NCBI GenBank assembly: GCA_037130495.1
Contig: JBAXSX010000003.1
Coordinates: forward strand, 13,793-77,792
Length of the DNA: 64,000 nt
Source of the DNA: Candidatus Roizmanbacteria bacterium
GTDB lineage: Bacteria > Patescibacteriota > Microgenomatia > UBA1406 > GWC2-37-13
Direction of reading: 5' to 3'
Positions 47,957 through 56,662 of this stretch are shown here, one piece after another. The first letter of the stretch is position 1. Every line of letters starts with the position of its first letter. The notes beneath the pieces are model-generated. The model made no database searches. It worked only from the letters and a program-made list of their open reading frames with translations, and was not told where the DNA came from. The position numbers and the translations under genes are program-made.

Positions 47957-48238
47957 ATGATCAGTCCACTTCTCATTAGTATCATCATTCGTACTGTATT
48001 CATTGTATTTGGGCTGGCAGGGATGTTTTACCAACTCTTTCGTGCAACTGAGTGGGTGAACAATGCACATAATCCAAATAGAGTCGCCTTAGTGAAGAAA
48101 AAACTTCAACGGACGACAGTGATCTTGGCGGTCTATATCGCCCTGCTCAGTAGTATCGTCCTTGTCGAAAAAATTCCTTTCTCTCCTGATCATCCTATTT
48201 GTCTTGGATTCACATGCAATTGGGAAAAGACCAATTAA
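47957..48238 (+). CDS. Small two-TM membrane protein
   Basis: 93 aa with two hydrophobic helices. Lies between the two pilin-like genes. Confidence 0.4.
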   Translation: MISPLLISIIIRTVFIVFGLAGMFYQLFRATEWVNNAHNPNRVALVKKKLQRTTVILAVYIALLSSIVLVEKIPFSPDHPICLGFTCNWEKTN

Positions 48239-48251
48239 TTATTTTTTTCTT

Positions 48252-48695
48252 ATGATACGATCATTTTTTGTGATTGCGATCCTCGCAACACTGTTGGGTT
48301 CGATTATTTCAACACCTGCATATGCTCAGGTACGGGATTGGGAAGTGGTTGATCCAGTCACGGGCAAAGTCGATACGACCAAGTCTTGCACAGTTGACGG
48401 GGTCCCAACATTTCAGTGTTTATCAGTTGTCTATGACAATATATTATTTCTTGCTTCCTCTCTCGTACTTATAGTCCTGTTTGTAATGTTGGTGTATGGT
48501 GGTATTTTATTTCTCACTTCATTTGGCGATGCCGAAAAAGTCCAACAAGCACAAAGCACGCTCATGTGGGCACTGATCGGTATTGGATTGTTTGCCGCAA
48601 GTTATCTGATATTGTTTATCATCGATCAGGCCTTCTTGGGGGGACAGGGCAAGATATTTGAACTCAATATCCCGGGTCCTGCAACTACACCTTGA
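48252..48695 (+). CDS. T4SS pilin-like (VirB2/TrbC-type) small secreted membrane protein
   Basis: Signal peptide ...STPAYA|QV, then LVLIVLFVMLVYGGILFLTSFGDAEKVQQAQSTLMWALIGIGLFAASYLILFII. Same architecture as 47270..47848. Confidence 0.5.
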   Translation: MIRSFFVIAILATLLGSIISTPAYAQVRDWEVVDPVTGKVDTTKSCTVDGVPTFQCLSVVYDNILFLASSLVLIVLFVMLVYGGILFLTSFGDAEKVQQAQSTLMWALIGIGLFAASYLILFIIDQAFLGGQGKIFELNIPGPATTP

Positions 48696-48707
48696 GGATG
48701 ATAGATT

Positions 48708-48863
48708 TTATGGAGTAGGGTAGATGATCTGGAGCGGATTCTCCTGAGGTACGGGCGTCAAAAACTCTGCTTTTTGCGACCATGAGAGGAGTAGCCAAAA
48801 TACCACTGCAGCAGTCCCTACAGCAATCAAACCAATTCCGAAATAATGCAGGACATGTTTCAT
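48708..48863 (-). CDS. Possible 51-aa single-TM protein translationally coupled to the glycosyltransferase
   Basis: Not in the ORF track (<60 aa). The sequence is MKHVLHYFGIGLIAVGTAAVVFWLLLSWSQKAEFLTPVPQENPLQIIYPTP*. Its ATG overlaps the GT2 stop as ATGA. Confidence 0.3.
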   Translation of the reverse strand: MKHVLHYFGIGLIAVGTAAVVFWLLLSWSQKAEFLTPVPQENPLQIIYPTP

Positions 48864-49828
48864 GAGTGAGCGGGACGAGTGATATTTTTGAGTGATTTGA
48901 TCACATACAGTGGACGACCTTGGACCTGCCCAAAGATGCGTCCGATGTATTCACCAATCATCCCCAAGATCAATATCTGCATCCCTGAAAAGAACATGAT
49001 CGAAACAAACAGTGCTGTCCATCCGGTCACCCAGTATTCATGAGGCAAAAGAAATCGACGAATGATCGCATATGACATCCCTGCAAATCCAAGAGCTGCA
49101 GTGACAAATCCGAGATATGTCACTAGACGGAGTGGCTTGACTGAAAATGCAGTAATTCCCGTCATCGCAAAGCTAATCATATTTTTGAGGGGGTAGTGTG
49201 TATGACCGAGGTGTCGGCTTTCGCGATCAAACTCAACCATCGCTGTCGGATATCCACTCCATGCGACTAGCCCGCGCAAAAAACGAGATGACTCGGGCAG
49301 CTTGTTGAGATAGTCCACAACTTCGCGATCAATGAGTCGATAATCGCCGACGTCGGTAGGGATAGGGATCTCTGAGAGTTGGTTGATGAACCAGTAAAAA
49401 GCTTGTGCAGAAATCCTCTTGAACATGCCATCGGTGCTTCGCGTTTTACGCTTTGCATACACTATCTGGTTGCCTTCATGCCACTTTTTGACAAGATCTG
49501 GGATCAGCTCGGGAGGATCTTGCAAATCTGCGTCGATGGATATGACTGCATTGCCCTGAGCATATGCGTATCCTGCTGAAAGTGCACGCTGGTGGCCAAA
49601 ATTACGCGTGAACGAAATGAGTTTGATGTGGGGATTTTTTAGGACATGTTGGTTGATATCGTGCGATGTCTTGTCTGTCGATCCATCGTCGATGAATATG
49701 ATTTCATAATGGTATTTGCTGACTACAGGGAGGAGTCGCTGAAGGAGGGTGTCGATATTACCAAACTCGTTGTAGACGGGGACGATGACAGAAAGCTGTA
49801 TTGATGTTTCCACGTGGTGATTGTACAC
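48860..49828 (-). CDS. Family 2 glycosyltransferase (GtrB/ArnC/DPM1-like polyprenyl-phosphate glycosyltransferase)
   Basis: LSVIVPVYNE, IIFIDDGSTDKT, DADLQDPPE and two C-terminal TM helices. The track start (TTG 49897) lies inside a tRNA; the real start is probably GTG 49828 or 49813. Confidence 0.85.
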   Translation of the reverse strand: MYNHHVETSIQLSVIVPVYNEFGNIDTLLQRLLPVVSKYHYEIIFIDDGSTDKTSHDINQHVLKNPHIKLISFTRNFGHQRALSAGYAYAQGNAVISIDADLQDPPELIPDLVKKWHEGNQIVYAKRKTRSTDGMFKRISAQAFYWFINQLSEIPIPTDVGDYRLIDREVVDYLNKLPESSRFLRGLVAWSGYPTAMVEFDRESRHLGHTHYPLKNMISFAMTGITAFSVKPLRLVTYLGFVTAALGFAGMSYAIIRRFLLPHEYWVTGWTALFVSIMFFSGMQILILGMIGEYIGRIFGQVQGRPLYVIKSLKNITRPAHS

Positions 49829-49873
49829 CAAAGAAGTATTTAGTTTCAACTCGCCGGAGAGAACAATCGTATG

Positions 49874-49943
49874 TTGCGGAGCTTGGAATTGAACCAAGTC
49901 TAGAAGATTATGAGCCTTCTGTGCTACCGTACACTACCCCGCA
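49874..49943 (-). tRNA. tRNA with anticodon CAU (elongator Met or Ile2; not initiator-like)
   Basis: Minus strand reads TGCGGGG-TA-GTGT-ACGGTA-GCAC-A-GAAGG-CTCATAA-TCTTC-TAGA-CTTGG-TTCAATT-CCAAG-CTCCGCA-A. There is no GGG/CCC run in the anticodon stem. Confidence 0.8.
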
Positions 49944-49991
49944 TATTCTGACGCTCTATCTCAAAGGTCTATTATACCATGCAAAAGGGGG

Positions 49992-50300
49992 TCATGGCCC
50001 AGGTGTAGGACTCGGTGTGGTGGTCGGAGAAGTATCCTGGATGATGACGACCTCTTCTCCAGCTTTCACGAATCCGAGTTTGTTGCGCATGATTTTTTCA
50101 ATCTCAAATGGATTGCTACTTTTCGCATTTTGTAGCTTGAGCTTGTCATTGCGGACTTTTTGCTCATCGTACTCTTTTTGGAGTTGAGTGAAAAATGTTG
50201 CGTTTCTTTTCAATGCTGCCGAGTTCCGCAAAAATGATGTAATCAGCGTGAAAATGAGAAACCCAATGAGTATATGGTGCAGCTTGAGTCGCATGTGCAT
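49992..50300 (-). CDS. Septum formation initiator family protein (FtsB/DivIC-like)
   Basis: From ATG 50300: one TM helix (LHHILIGFLIFTLITSFL), then a coiled coil (QLQKEYDEQKVRNDKLKLQN) and IEKIMRNKLGFVKAGEEVV. Confidence 0.6.
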   Translation of the reverse strand: MHMRLKLHHILIGFLIFTLITSFLRNSAALKRNATFFTQLQKEYDEQKVRNDKLKLQNAKSSNPFEIEKIMRNKLGFVKAGEEVVIIQDTSPTTTPSPTPGP

Positions 50301-50454
50301 ATGATATATCTTTTGTGGGGCAATGTGTACTGAGAGTTGTTCTAGTCGGGTGCACCGACTTGCTTTTGAGGCAGATCTGATGCATGATATAGCATCCACA
50401 TTAAGACCGATTTCTATCGGTGATAATGGACCATTTACAAATATCCGAAATTGT

Positions 50455-50931
50455 ATGAACAAAATTATCATTCTTATTACGCTCGTTATCATTGGAGTCA
50501 TTGCCTATATATTGACCCAGCCACGCCGAAGCGCGCCTGTAGTCAAGATACCCGATGTCATCGCGCAACCTACCGAAGCACCATCAAGCTTGCCTGATTC
50601 ATCCACAGTTAAAAAAGTCGATACAGTGGTGGGCCAAGGAGACGAGGCAGTAAAAGGCAAAAAAGTCTCAGTTCAATACAAGGGCTCACTCGAAGATGGG
50701 ACAGTCTTCGACTCTTCTGCTGTGCACAACAATGAGCCGCTCACTTTCGAGGTTGGTGCAGGCCAGATGATCCCAGGATTTGATACGGGTGTAGTGGGGA
50801 TGAAAGTAGGCGGAACCCGTACCATCACGATCCCGCCTGAGCTCGGATATGGTAGCCAAGGCGCAGGTGGTGGCAAGATACCACCAAACGCGACCCTGAT
50901 ATTCGAAGTGACATTGGAAAAAGTAGAGTAA
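50455..50931 (+). CDS. FKBP-type peptidyl-prolyl cis-trans isomerase, membrane anchored
   Basis: VQYKGSLEDGTVFDSS ... FEVGAGQMIPGFDTGVVGMKVGGTRTITIPPELGYG ... LIFEVTLEKV. N-terminal TM helix from ATG 50455. Confidence 0.9.
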   Translation: MNKIIILITLVIIGVIAYILTQPRRSAPVVKIPDVIAQPTEAPSSLPDSSTVKKVDTVVGQGDEAVKGKKVSVQYKGSLEDGTVFDSSAVHNNEPLTFEVGAGQMIPGFDTGVVGMKVGGTRTITIPPELGYGSQGAGGGKIPPNATLIFEVTLEKVE

Positions 50932-51038
50932 AAACAAATTTAAAATTTAAAATGACTAATTTAAAATTAAATGTTGTTCTTTATTTCCTGACTCGTTGTT
51001 AATTTTACATTCTACCTTCTACACTCTTTATACTTACT

Positions 51039-51602
51039 ATGCCACGAAACCCCCTTCCTTCCCACGCGAAAAAAGTATTTAACGGTCATATTTTTGATGT
51101 CTATCAATGGGAGCAGGAGATGTTTGATGGATCTAAGGCAATATTTGAAAAAGTTTCGAGACCCAATATCGCAATCATTATTGCAGTAACTGAAGATCAT
51201 AAGATCATCATTGAGCATCAGGATCAGCCAAACAACCATGGGCTCATCTCTACTCCAGCTGGTCGGATAGAGCGCGGCGAGGACGAGCTCGTCGGAGCAA
51301 AGCGAGAGCTCTTGGAAGAGACGGGATACACGAGTGACGACTGGCATCTATGGAAAGTCTCCACCCCCAATGAAAAAATACAGTGCGATGTGCACTACTT
51401 CATCGCTCGTGATTGTAAGCTGACGGGAAAACAGCACCTCGATGCGGGTGAGAAGATACGACTCGAATTTGTGGACTTTGAGACCTTTCTTGCGCTTTCT
51501 GAATCCGATGATTTCCGAGATTGGATATTGGGGAGATACATCATGCAGGTTCGTCTCCACCCGGACAAGCTCAGCGCATTTCGAGATCTTCTCAGGCTGT
51601 AA
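51039..51602 (+). CDS. NUDIX hydrolase (ADP-ribose pyrophosphatase-like)
   Basis: Nudix box GRIERGEDELVGAKRELLEETGY. Confidence 0.85.
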   Translation: MPRNPLPSHAKKVFNGHIFDVYQWEQEMFDGSKAIFEKVSRPNIAIIIAVTEDHKIIIEHQDQPNNHGLISTPAGRIERGEDELVGAKRELLEETGYTSDDWHLWKVSTPNEKIQCDVHYFIARDCKLTGKQHLDAGEKIRLEFVDFETFLALSESDDFRDWILGRYIMQVRLHPDKLSAFRDLLRL

Positions 51603-52845
51603 CATTGGCAATCACTTGATGAGGACGATATGCGAAGAAGAAATAGAGTCCTGCGATGAAAATGAGTGCTGATGCGGTGATAATACTTGCTGTGGGATCA
51701 AAGTTTGCAGCAACTGCTCCCGCGACAAGAGGAGGGATCCCCTGTGCAACTGCTTGAATTGATGATCCAACTCCCAAGATTTCTCCCTGTCTCTCTGGAC
51801 CAACGGACTTACTGATGAGGCCTGATAGTTTGGGCGTCGCGAGACTAAACGGTATGGTATAGAACGGTACGAGCATATAGAGCATCCATCGTGAGTGAGC
51901 CAGTGGATAGGTTGCGAGTGCGATTGCGACCATGAATATCGCTCCTCGAACAATGCGATGTTCGGGTATCGAGACGGGGATTTTACGTAGGATGAATCCC
52001 TGGGTGATGATGATCCAGATCCCAATATATGCGAAGAAAAATCCAATAGTACTCTCAGTGAATTTGAAGTACTGAGTCAGGTATACCCCAGCAAATGAGG
52101 TGTAGAAAGTGAATCCTCCCTGAAAAAGGAGCGCAGTGATAAACAGAGGTGTAGCTGATTTGAGCGTAAATACCTTCATGATATTTCGCACGGACATACC
52201 CGGAGTGAACCGAATTTCCTTATTGATATGTTTGTGTGTCTCAGGCAGCAGGAACTTGACTGAGATGACATTGATGAGACTGAGCAATGCAGCAAAGTAA
52301 AATGGCGTTGTTACGTCCAAATGCACACTGAAACTATTTGAAGACAGAAGCCCACCGATCATAGGTCCGAGGATGAAGCCTAGTGCAAAAGCGGCGCCAA
52401 CGAGCCCAAAGTTTTTCGATCTGTTCTCAGGCGTAGATACATCTGCGATGACTGCCTGGGCTACGGCGATATTGCCGCCGGTCAAGCCATCGAAAATACG
52501 GGATGCAAAGAGCAGAGCTAGACTATGGACATGCAAACCATAGGCGAATAATATGTATGACACACATGTGCCTGCCAGCGAAATGAGGAGGATGGGACGT
52601 CTCCCATATTTATCAGATAGTTGACCAAGGATAGGGGTGGCAAAAAATTGTGCGATCGGGTACGCTGCAGTCAAGAGTCCGACAAGATATGCGCCCTGTC
52701 TGAGCGTGAGACTGTAATCGTTGAGGAGGTAGTATTTGCTAGCTGGATTGGAAAAGAGTTGGGGGATGATGGGGATGAGTATCCCAAATCCCAACATGTC
52801 GAGAAAAATAGTCAAGAAAACGACCAACAAAGGATTCTTACGCAT
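51592..52845 (-). CDS. MFS transporter (paralog of 21069..22253)
   Basis: Motif [15 protein letters not shown] and a 12-TM profile. ATG at 52845. Confidence 0.85.
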   Translation of the reverse strand: MRKNPLLVVFLTIFLDMLGFGILIPIIPQLFSNPASKYYLLNDYSLTLRQGAYLVGLLTAAYPIAQFFATPILGQLSDKYGRRPILLISLAGTCVSYILFAYGLHVHSLALLFASRIFDGLTGGNIAVAQAVIADVSTPENRSKNFGLVGAAFALGFILGPMIGGLLSSNSFSVHLDVTTPFYFAALLSLINVISVKFLLPETHKHINKEIRFTPGMSVRNIMKVFTLKSATPLFITALLFQGGFTFYTSFAGVYLTQYFKFTESTIGFFFAYIGIWIIITQGFILRKIPVSIPEHRIVRGAIFMVAIALATYPLAHSRWMLYMLVPFYTIPFSLATPKLSGLISKSVGPERQGEILGVGSSIQAVAQGIPPLVAGAVAANFDPTASIITASALIFIAGLYFFFAYRPHQVIANVTA

Positions 52846-53027
52846 ATGAATAAAAGAGTATACCTGATCGGAACGCAACTAGCCTCCTAAGAGACGCATC
52901 GTTACACTGCTATATTGTCATATTGTTGGGTAGACAGGATAGCCACGAAGCATGTTCATCTCCTCGACTCCCTGACGACGGTCAGGGTCCATGAATGAAA
53001 ACATACATGGTTCTCAAACTAAACCAC

Positions 53028-53205
53028 AAAGCTGCCTGCTTGCCCGCTCTGCGGGGGCGAAGGAGGGTCATCCCGTCCGCCAGCTGGCGGACGGGATCTA
53101 GTCCATACAGTTCTTAAGGTGTCACTTCGAGCCTGCCGAGAAGTGGACGGACAGCCCGCCAGGTACCGTACGGTACCTGGCGGGACCACGAAGGATCCCA
53201 TCGAC
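53028..53205. repeat. Cluster of GC-rich palindromic modules with two long perfect palindromes
   Basis: 28-nt palindrome atcccgtccgccag|ctggcggacgggat (53070..53097). 30-nt palindrome cccgccaggtaccgt|acggtacctggcggg (53155..53184). 53119..53147 matches the reverse complement of 37761..37787. Confidence 0.85.
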
Positions 53206-53248
53206 ATGATTTGCATTGTGCGTGTCGGATGTGATAGATTTACCTAAC

Positions 53249-53572
53249 ATGGACATGTTGCCTATACAGACCAAAACAGAACAGCTCTACCTCAGGCAGA
53301 TGGCCAAGGGGATCCGTGATGGCTCGGTGACCAAGGTGCATGCGCAATATATGGCCAAGGCTATGCTTGCAATCGAGCCCTTTGCATCGTGGGATGATCT
53401 GCTCACTAAGATGCGACTCCTCGTGCAACACTTCCCAAATTTTCAACCTGTTGTGGATCAGCTCGCCTCTGAGTATGAGGAGACGAAAACACAATCCGTA
53501 GTAGAGGAGATGAGGAAACACCTACATGCGGGAGATATCGACCAAGCCTTATCAGTTGCCCAAGGAGTATGA
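53249..53572 (+). CDS. Hypothetical protein
   Basis: ORF from ATG 53249. ATGA overlap with the next gene, which has a good AAGGAG SD inside this ORF's end. Confidence 0.45.
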   Translation: MDMLPIQTKTEQLYLRQMAKGIRDGSVTKVHAQYMAKAMLAIEPFASWDDLLTKMRLLVQHFPNFQPVVDQLASEYEETKTQSVVEEMRKHLHAGDIDQALSVAQGV

Positions 53573-54621
53573 CCGAAGGCCTTGGATACAATCCAAATCT
53601 TCTGGAAACGACTATTGATATCAGTGGTAAGGATACCGCTGAGCCTAAAGTGGACCTTGCGTCAGCGGTTATTGAGGGATCTCAAAGAAATCCAAATAAT
53701 ACGTTGAATTATCTTTCGAATGGGACGCTCGATAGTAGCCTTTTTTCACCCGACGCTATAACTCCAGCGAGTACTGCAAGAACAGAACCTGCCACCCCTT
53801 CAGGTGCAACTGAAGCCGCCGCACCTGCTGCTGAAGCACCTCAAACAGCAGAACAAATAGATGCAAAAGAAAAGAAAGAAGCCCAGGAAAAGGCAAATGG
53901 ATATCTGAAGAGTGCCACGGAAAGTGTGCGACAATCTGTCATCAAAGACATGAAGGAAGATATGAAGAAAAAGGGGATAGATGTTACATTAGATAAAGAT
54001 GGTTGGCCAGAAGACGATATCCAGAAACTGGCGGTCCATGAGGCGATGGCAAAACGTCAAGGAGAGATAGAGGATACAGCCCTCAAGCTAGGTGTTATAG
54101 ATGCTCTTGGAGCTGCGCCCAATCCAAACACAGATCCACAGGGATATCACAAATGGAGTGAGGACTTCAAAAAAGGTGTTGATGCTGCGCTCGATGCAAA
54201 GCAAAAAATAAAAGCCGGGCCTGTAACATCCCAAGAGGGCACAGTTGTGATAACTGAACAGAGCAGCGCGCCTACTGCTGAAGCAGCTGCACGAGCTCCT
54301 GCTCCAGAAGCCGCTCCAGCTCCTGAGACAGAGTCAAAAAAGAATACCCTCGAGCAAGCATTCAAAGACGCAACTGAATATCTACTTGCGCCGAATAAAA
54401 ATCAAAGAACCAAAGCTGGTACGAGAACAAAAGAGGCGATCATGGCAGACGTGAATAAGTATGCAGTGTCCGAAGAAGGAAAAGGATATAAAGCAAAGTT
54501 CACTATGGCTCGTATCACCCTCACCGCCGTCCTCGGTTTGGCAGTAACTGGAACAGAGGATCTCGTACAAAAAGCACATGATGAGTTACGGCGAACAAGT
54601 GGCTCCCCTGCAAGCCGATAA
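53569..54621 (+). CDS. Hypothetical Ala/Pro/Glu/Lys-rich, probably disordered protein
   Basis: 350-aa ORF with SD aaggag 2-7 nt upstream of the ATG. Low-complexity APAAEAP tracts; no domain recognised. Confidence 0.55.
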   Translation: MTEGLGYNPNLLETTIDISGKDTAEPKVDLASAVIEGSQRNPNNTLNYLSNGTLDSSLFSPDAITPASTARTEPATPSGATEAAAPAAEAPQTAEQIDAKEKKEAQEKANGYLKSATESVRQSVIKDMKEDMKKKGIDVTLDKDGWPEDDIQKLAVHEAMAKRQGEIEDTALKLGVIDALGAAPNPNTDPQGYHKWSEDFKKGVDAALDAKQKIKAGPVTSQEGTVVITEQSSAPTAEAAARAPAPEAAPAPETESKKNTLEQAFKDATEYLLAPNKNQRTKAGTRTKEAIMADVNKYAVSEEGKGYKAKFTMARITLTAVLGLAVTGTEDLVQKAHDELRRTSGSPASR

Positions 54622-54627
54622 CCGTTT

Positions 54628-54665
54628 GACCTGAAGACCTTCGACCTGAAGACTTTCGACTTTTT
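54628..54665 (+). repeat. 15-bp tandem repeat (about 2.5 copies)
   Basis: gacctgaagaccttc gacctgaagactttc gacttttt. The reverse complement shares the ggtcgaa(a/g)gtc core seen at 37921 and 39775. Confidence 0.7.
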
Positions 54666-54723
54666 CCTCTCATATCCCTGTTCCGACATGCGGTATAATC
54701 TATAGATTGATAGGACGACATAT

Positions 54724-55170
54724 ATGAAAATCATCAATAAAGACTTTTTTCGCGACTATGAAGAAATTGAGTCCTTTGAAGCGGGCATGTCTCTCTTGGG
54801 GGGTGAGGTCAAACAGATTAAAGCAGGTGCGCTCAAGCTCGAGCATGCGTTCGTCAAGATCTTGAATGACGGCGTCTATCTCATCAACGCAAATATACCT
54901 CGCTATACCTTTAGCTTTCCTGCTGGGTATGATCCGACGCGGAGTCGCAAACTACTGTTACACAAACACCAGATACTGCGTTTGGAGAACAAGATGAAGA
55001 AGGGCAATCTCACTATCGCACCCAAGTCATGCTATACCAAAGGACAACTGTTGAAACTAGAGGTTGCACTGGTCCGTGGTCGCAAAGATATTGAAAAAAA
55101 GAAGTTGGTCAAAGATCGCGACGTCCGTCTCGAACAGCGCAAAATGCTCAAGGAAGCAATGAAGAGTTGA
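54724..55170 (+). CDS. smpB: SsrA-binding protein SmpB
   Basis: 148 aa: FEAGMSLLGGEVKQIKAG, YLINANIPRY, RSRKLLLHKHQILRL, KGQLLKLEVALVRGRK. Confidence 0.93.
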   Translation: MKIINKDFFRDYEEIESFEAGMSLLGGEVKQIKAGALKLEHAFVKILNDGVYLINANIPRYTFSFPAGYDPTRSRKLLLHKHQILRLENKMKKGNLTIAPKSCYTKGQLLKLEVALVRGRKDIEKKKLVKDRDVRLEQRKMLKEAMKS

Positions 55171-55186
55171 GTTGCTCAAGGTCTAT

Positions 55187-55474
55187 TTAATAACCCAAAG
55201 TGTTTTTAAGAATCTGTTTTAGTTGCATGCGTCCATATCCACTCTTTAGGAACTTTTCTCGTGCTTTCGCATCGTGCATGTTCACAAAATACTCATAGTG
55301 GATAAGTTTGAATGGTCTGCGATCTTTGGTGGCGATATTGACTCCATGAGCGTGGGAGATGAGTCGATTTTTCAAGTCGATTGTATAGCCAATATATAGA
55401 CCATGGTCTTTTCGACTCTGTAGGACATATACGTAGTAGCGTTTATCCCTTTGGGAAACGTCTGACGTTTCCAT
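55187..55474 (-). CDS. GIY-YIG nuclease (YhbQ/UPF0213-like), third copy in the window
   Basis: YYVYVLQSRKDHGLYIGYTIDLKNRLISHAHG ... AKAREKFLKSGYGRMQLKQIL. Confidence 0.75.
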   Translation of the reverse strand: METSDVSQRDKRYYVYVLQSRKDHGLYIGYTIDLKNRLISHAHGVNIATKDRRPFKLIHYEYFVNMHDAKAREKFLKSGYGRMQLKQILKNTLGY

Positions 55475-55497
55475 ATGAACTGCAGAAAATATATATC

Positions 55498-55571
55498 TGT
55501 GGTCGCGTCATACGCGACACACCTTGCAAACGCAGCCTCGCTCAAGTGTGGCGAAGCCGCGTTTGACGCGG
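55498..55571. repeat. Palindromic modules directly 5' of the third GIY-YIG gene
   Basis: Hairpins gtcgcg-tcata-cgcgac (55502..55518) and ccgcg-tttga-cgcgg (55557..55571). Confidence 0.75.
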
Positions 55572-55995
55572 TGGACACTCTATCTAAAAGTTGGAACCAA
55601 TACGAAAACTACATTATGAAGTGGTATCCCGTACTACGTATAGGGCAAGATAAGGCAGTTCAATCTACTTCATACTTATCACATATGGGTATATAAACCA
55701 TATGAGCATTACACATATATCAGTATCTCCGCGAGATATAGGATATAAGTGGTAAAAGATAACAATCAAGAAATATGATGTATATCCCTCGCACAATTAC
55801 AAGATATTTAGGTAGGAATTGTGTAGATCGCTTGAAATGATATATTAAATGGGGTAGTATTAATGCAGATATAGTGTTGATTACAACCTATAGTAGAGGT
55901 ATAATTGATCAAAGAGTTAGTTTGAGGAGTGAAAGGGCAACGCCCTTCATAACACCATACGGCTAAAAACCTGAAGGTGTGAGGCACTTCTCAAA

Positions 55996-56409
55996 CTAGC
56001 TCTTTATTTTATTTACCTCCACATCCCGATCCATTATTGAGAGAAATGAACACTTGCCATATGTATCTTTCCTTATTATCACTATCACTTTCCTGTATCT
56101 TTGCCCCCCATTCAAGTTTATAACTTCTACAGATTCAATAGAAAAATCAGTGTAATTGTTTGTGCGACGTACATTCTGGAATGTTGTTGAGGTATCAATA
56201 ATTTTTTTAGCCAGCGGGAGCAACATAAGTCTTCGGAAAGTGTCGTCAACTGATCTTTGCTTGTGGCCATTGATACCCATCAAATGACTCCACCCATTTA
56301 AAGTTATAAAAACAAACTCTTTTAAAGCATTGCAGTAATATGGCGAGTCTTTTCGCCAAATGTTATAAATAATCCAAGACTTCTGTTTAAGTTGCGAAAG
56401 TTTTGACAT
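55996..56409 (-). CDS. Hypothetical protein (island)
   Basis: 137-aa ORF from ATG 56409 in a low-GC context. No motif recognised. Confidence 0.45.
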   Translation of the reverse strand: MSKLSQLKQKSWIIYNIWRKDSPYYCNALKEFVFITLNGWSHLMGINGHKQRSVDDTFRRLMLLPLAKKIIDTSTTFQNVRRTNNYTDFSIESVEVINLNGGQRYRKVIVIIRKDTYGKCSFLSIMDRDVEVNKIKS

Positions 56410-56662
56410 ATAAAAAAACGCCCTCTGCACAACCGCAAAATTATTGCGATCAAGCAAAAAGCGTTGTATATCTTTTCTTTTTGTCTTAGTTTATTTGTTG
56501 TGCACAACTACACATATTAACTGCATCATAGTACCACTTTTTGAGCTCAAAAGCAAGCAGAGTTGAAGACTAAGTGCTAAGGCGGGAATATCAGCAACGC
56601 TTCACAATAGTGTGCTAGCTCTGTATTTTGTTTATGCAAAATAGGCGTATAATATCCGTGTT

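Noticed and set aside
49829-49897. The glycosyltransferase start at 49897, and the long N-terminus of ORF 49992..50501.
   Set aside because: Position 49897 is a TTG lying inside the tRNA-CAU gene, and no Met occurs before the GT2 core, so a GTG at 49828 or 49813 is more plausible. For the FtsB-like gene, only the part from ATG 50300 shows the TM-plus-coiled-coil architecture.
55475-55696. The 73-aa ORF (MNCRKYISVV...) as a real gene.
   Set aside because: Its ATG is directly back to back with the GIY-YIG start codon (catATG), leaving no promoter space. Its first two thirds are encoded by palindromic modules. Only the VDTLSKSWN...KWYP part looks like a relic of coding sequence; see the direct-repeat finding.
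55171-55995. A tmRNA (ssrA) gene expected next to smpB.
   Set aside because: On either strand I found no GGGG...GA 5' end, no T-arm (GGTTCGAnTCC), no ...CCACCA 3' end and no Ala-rich tag ORF ending in LAA. The region is occupied by a GIY-YIG gene, palindromic modules and AT-rich spacer.
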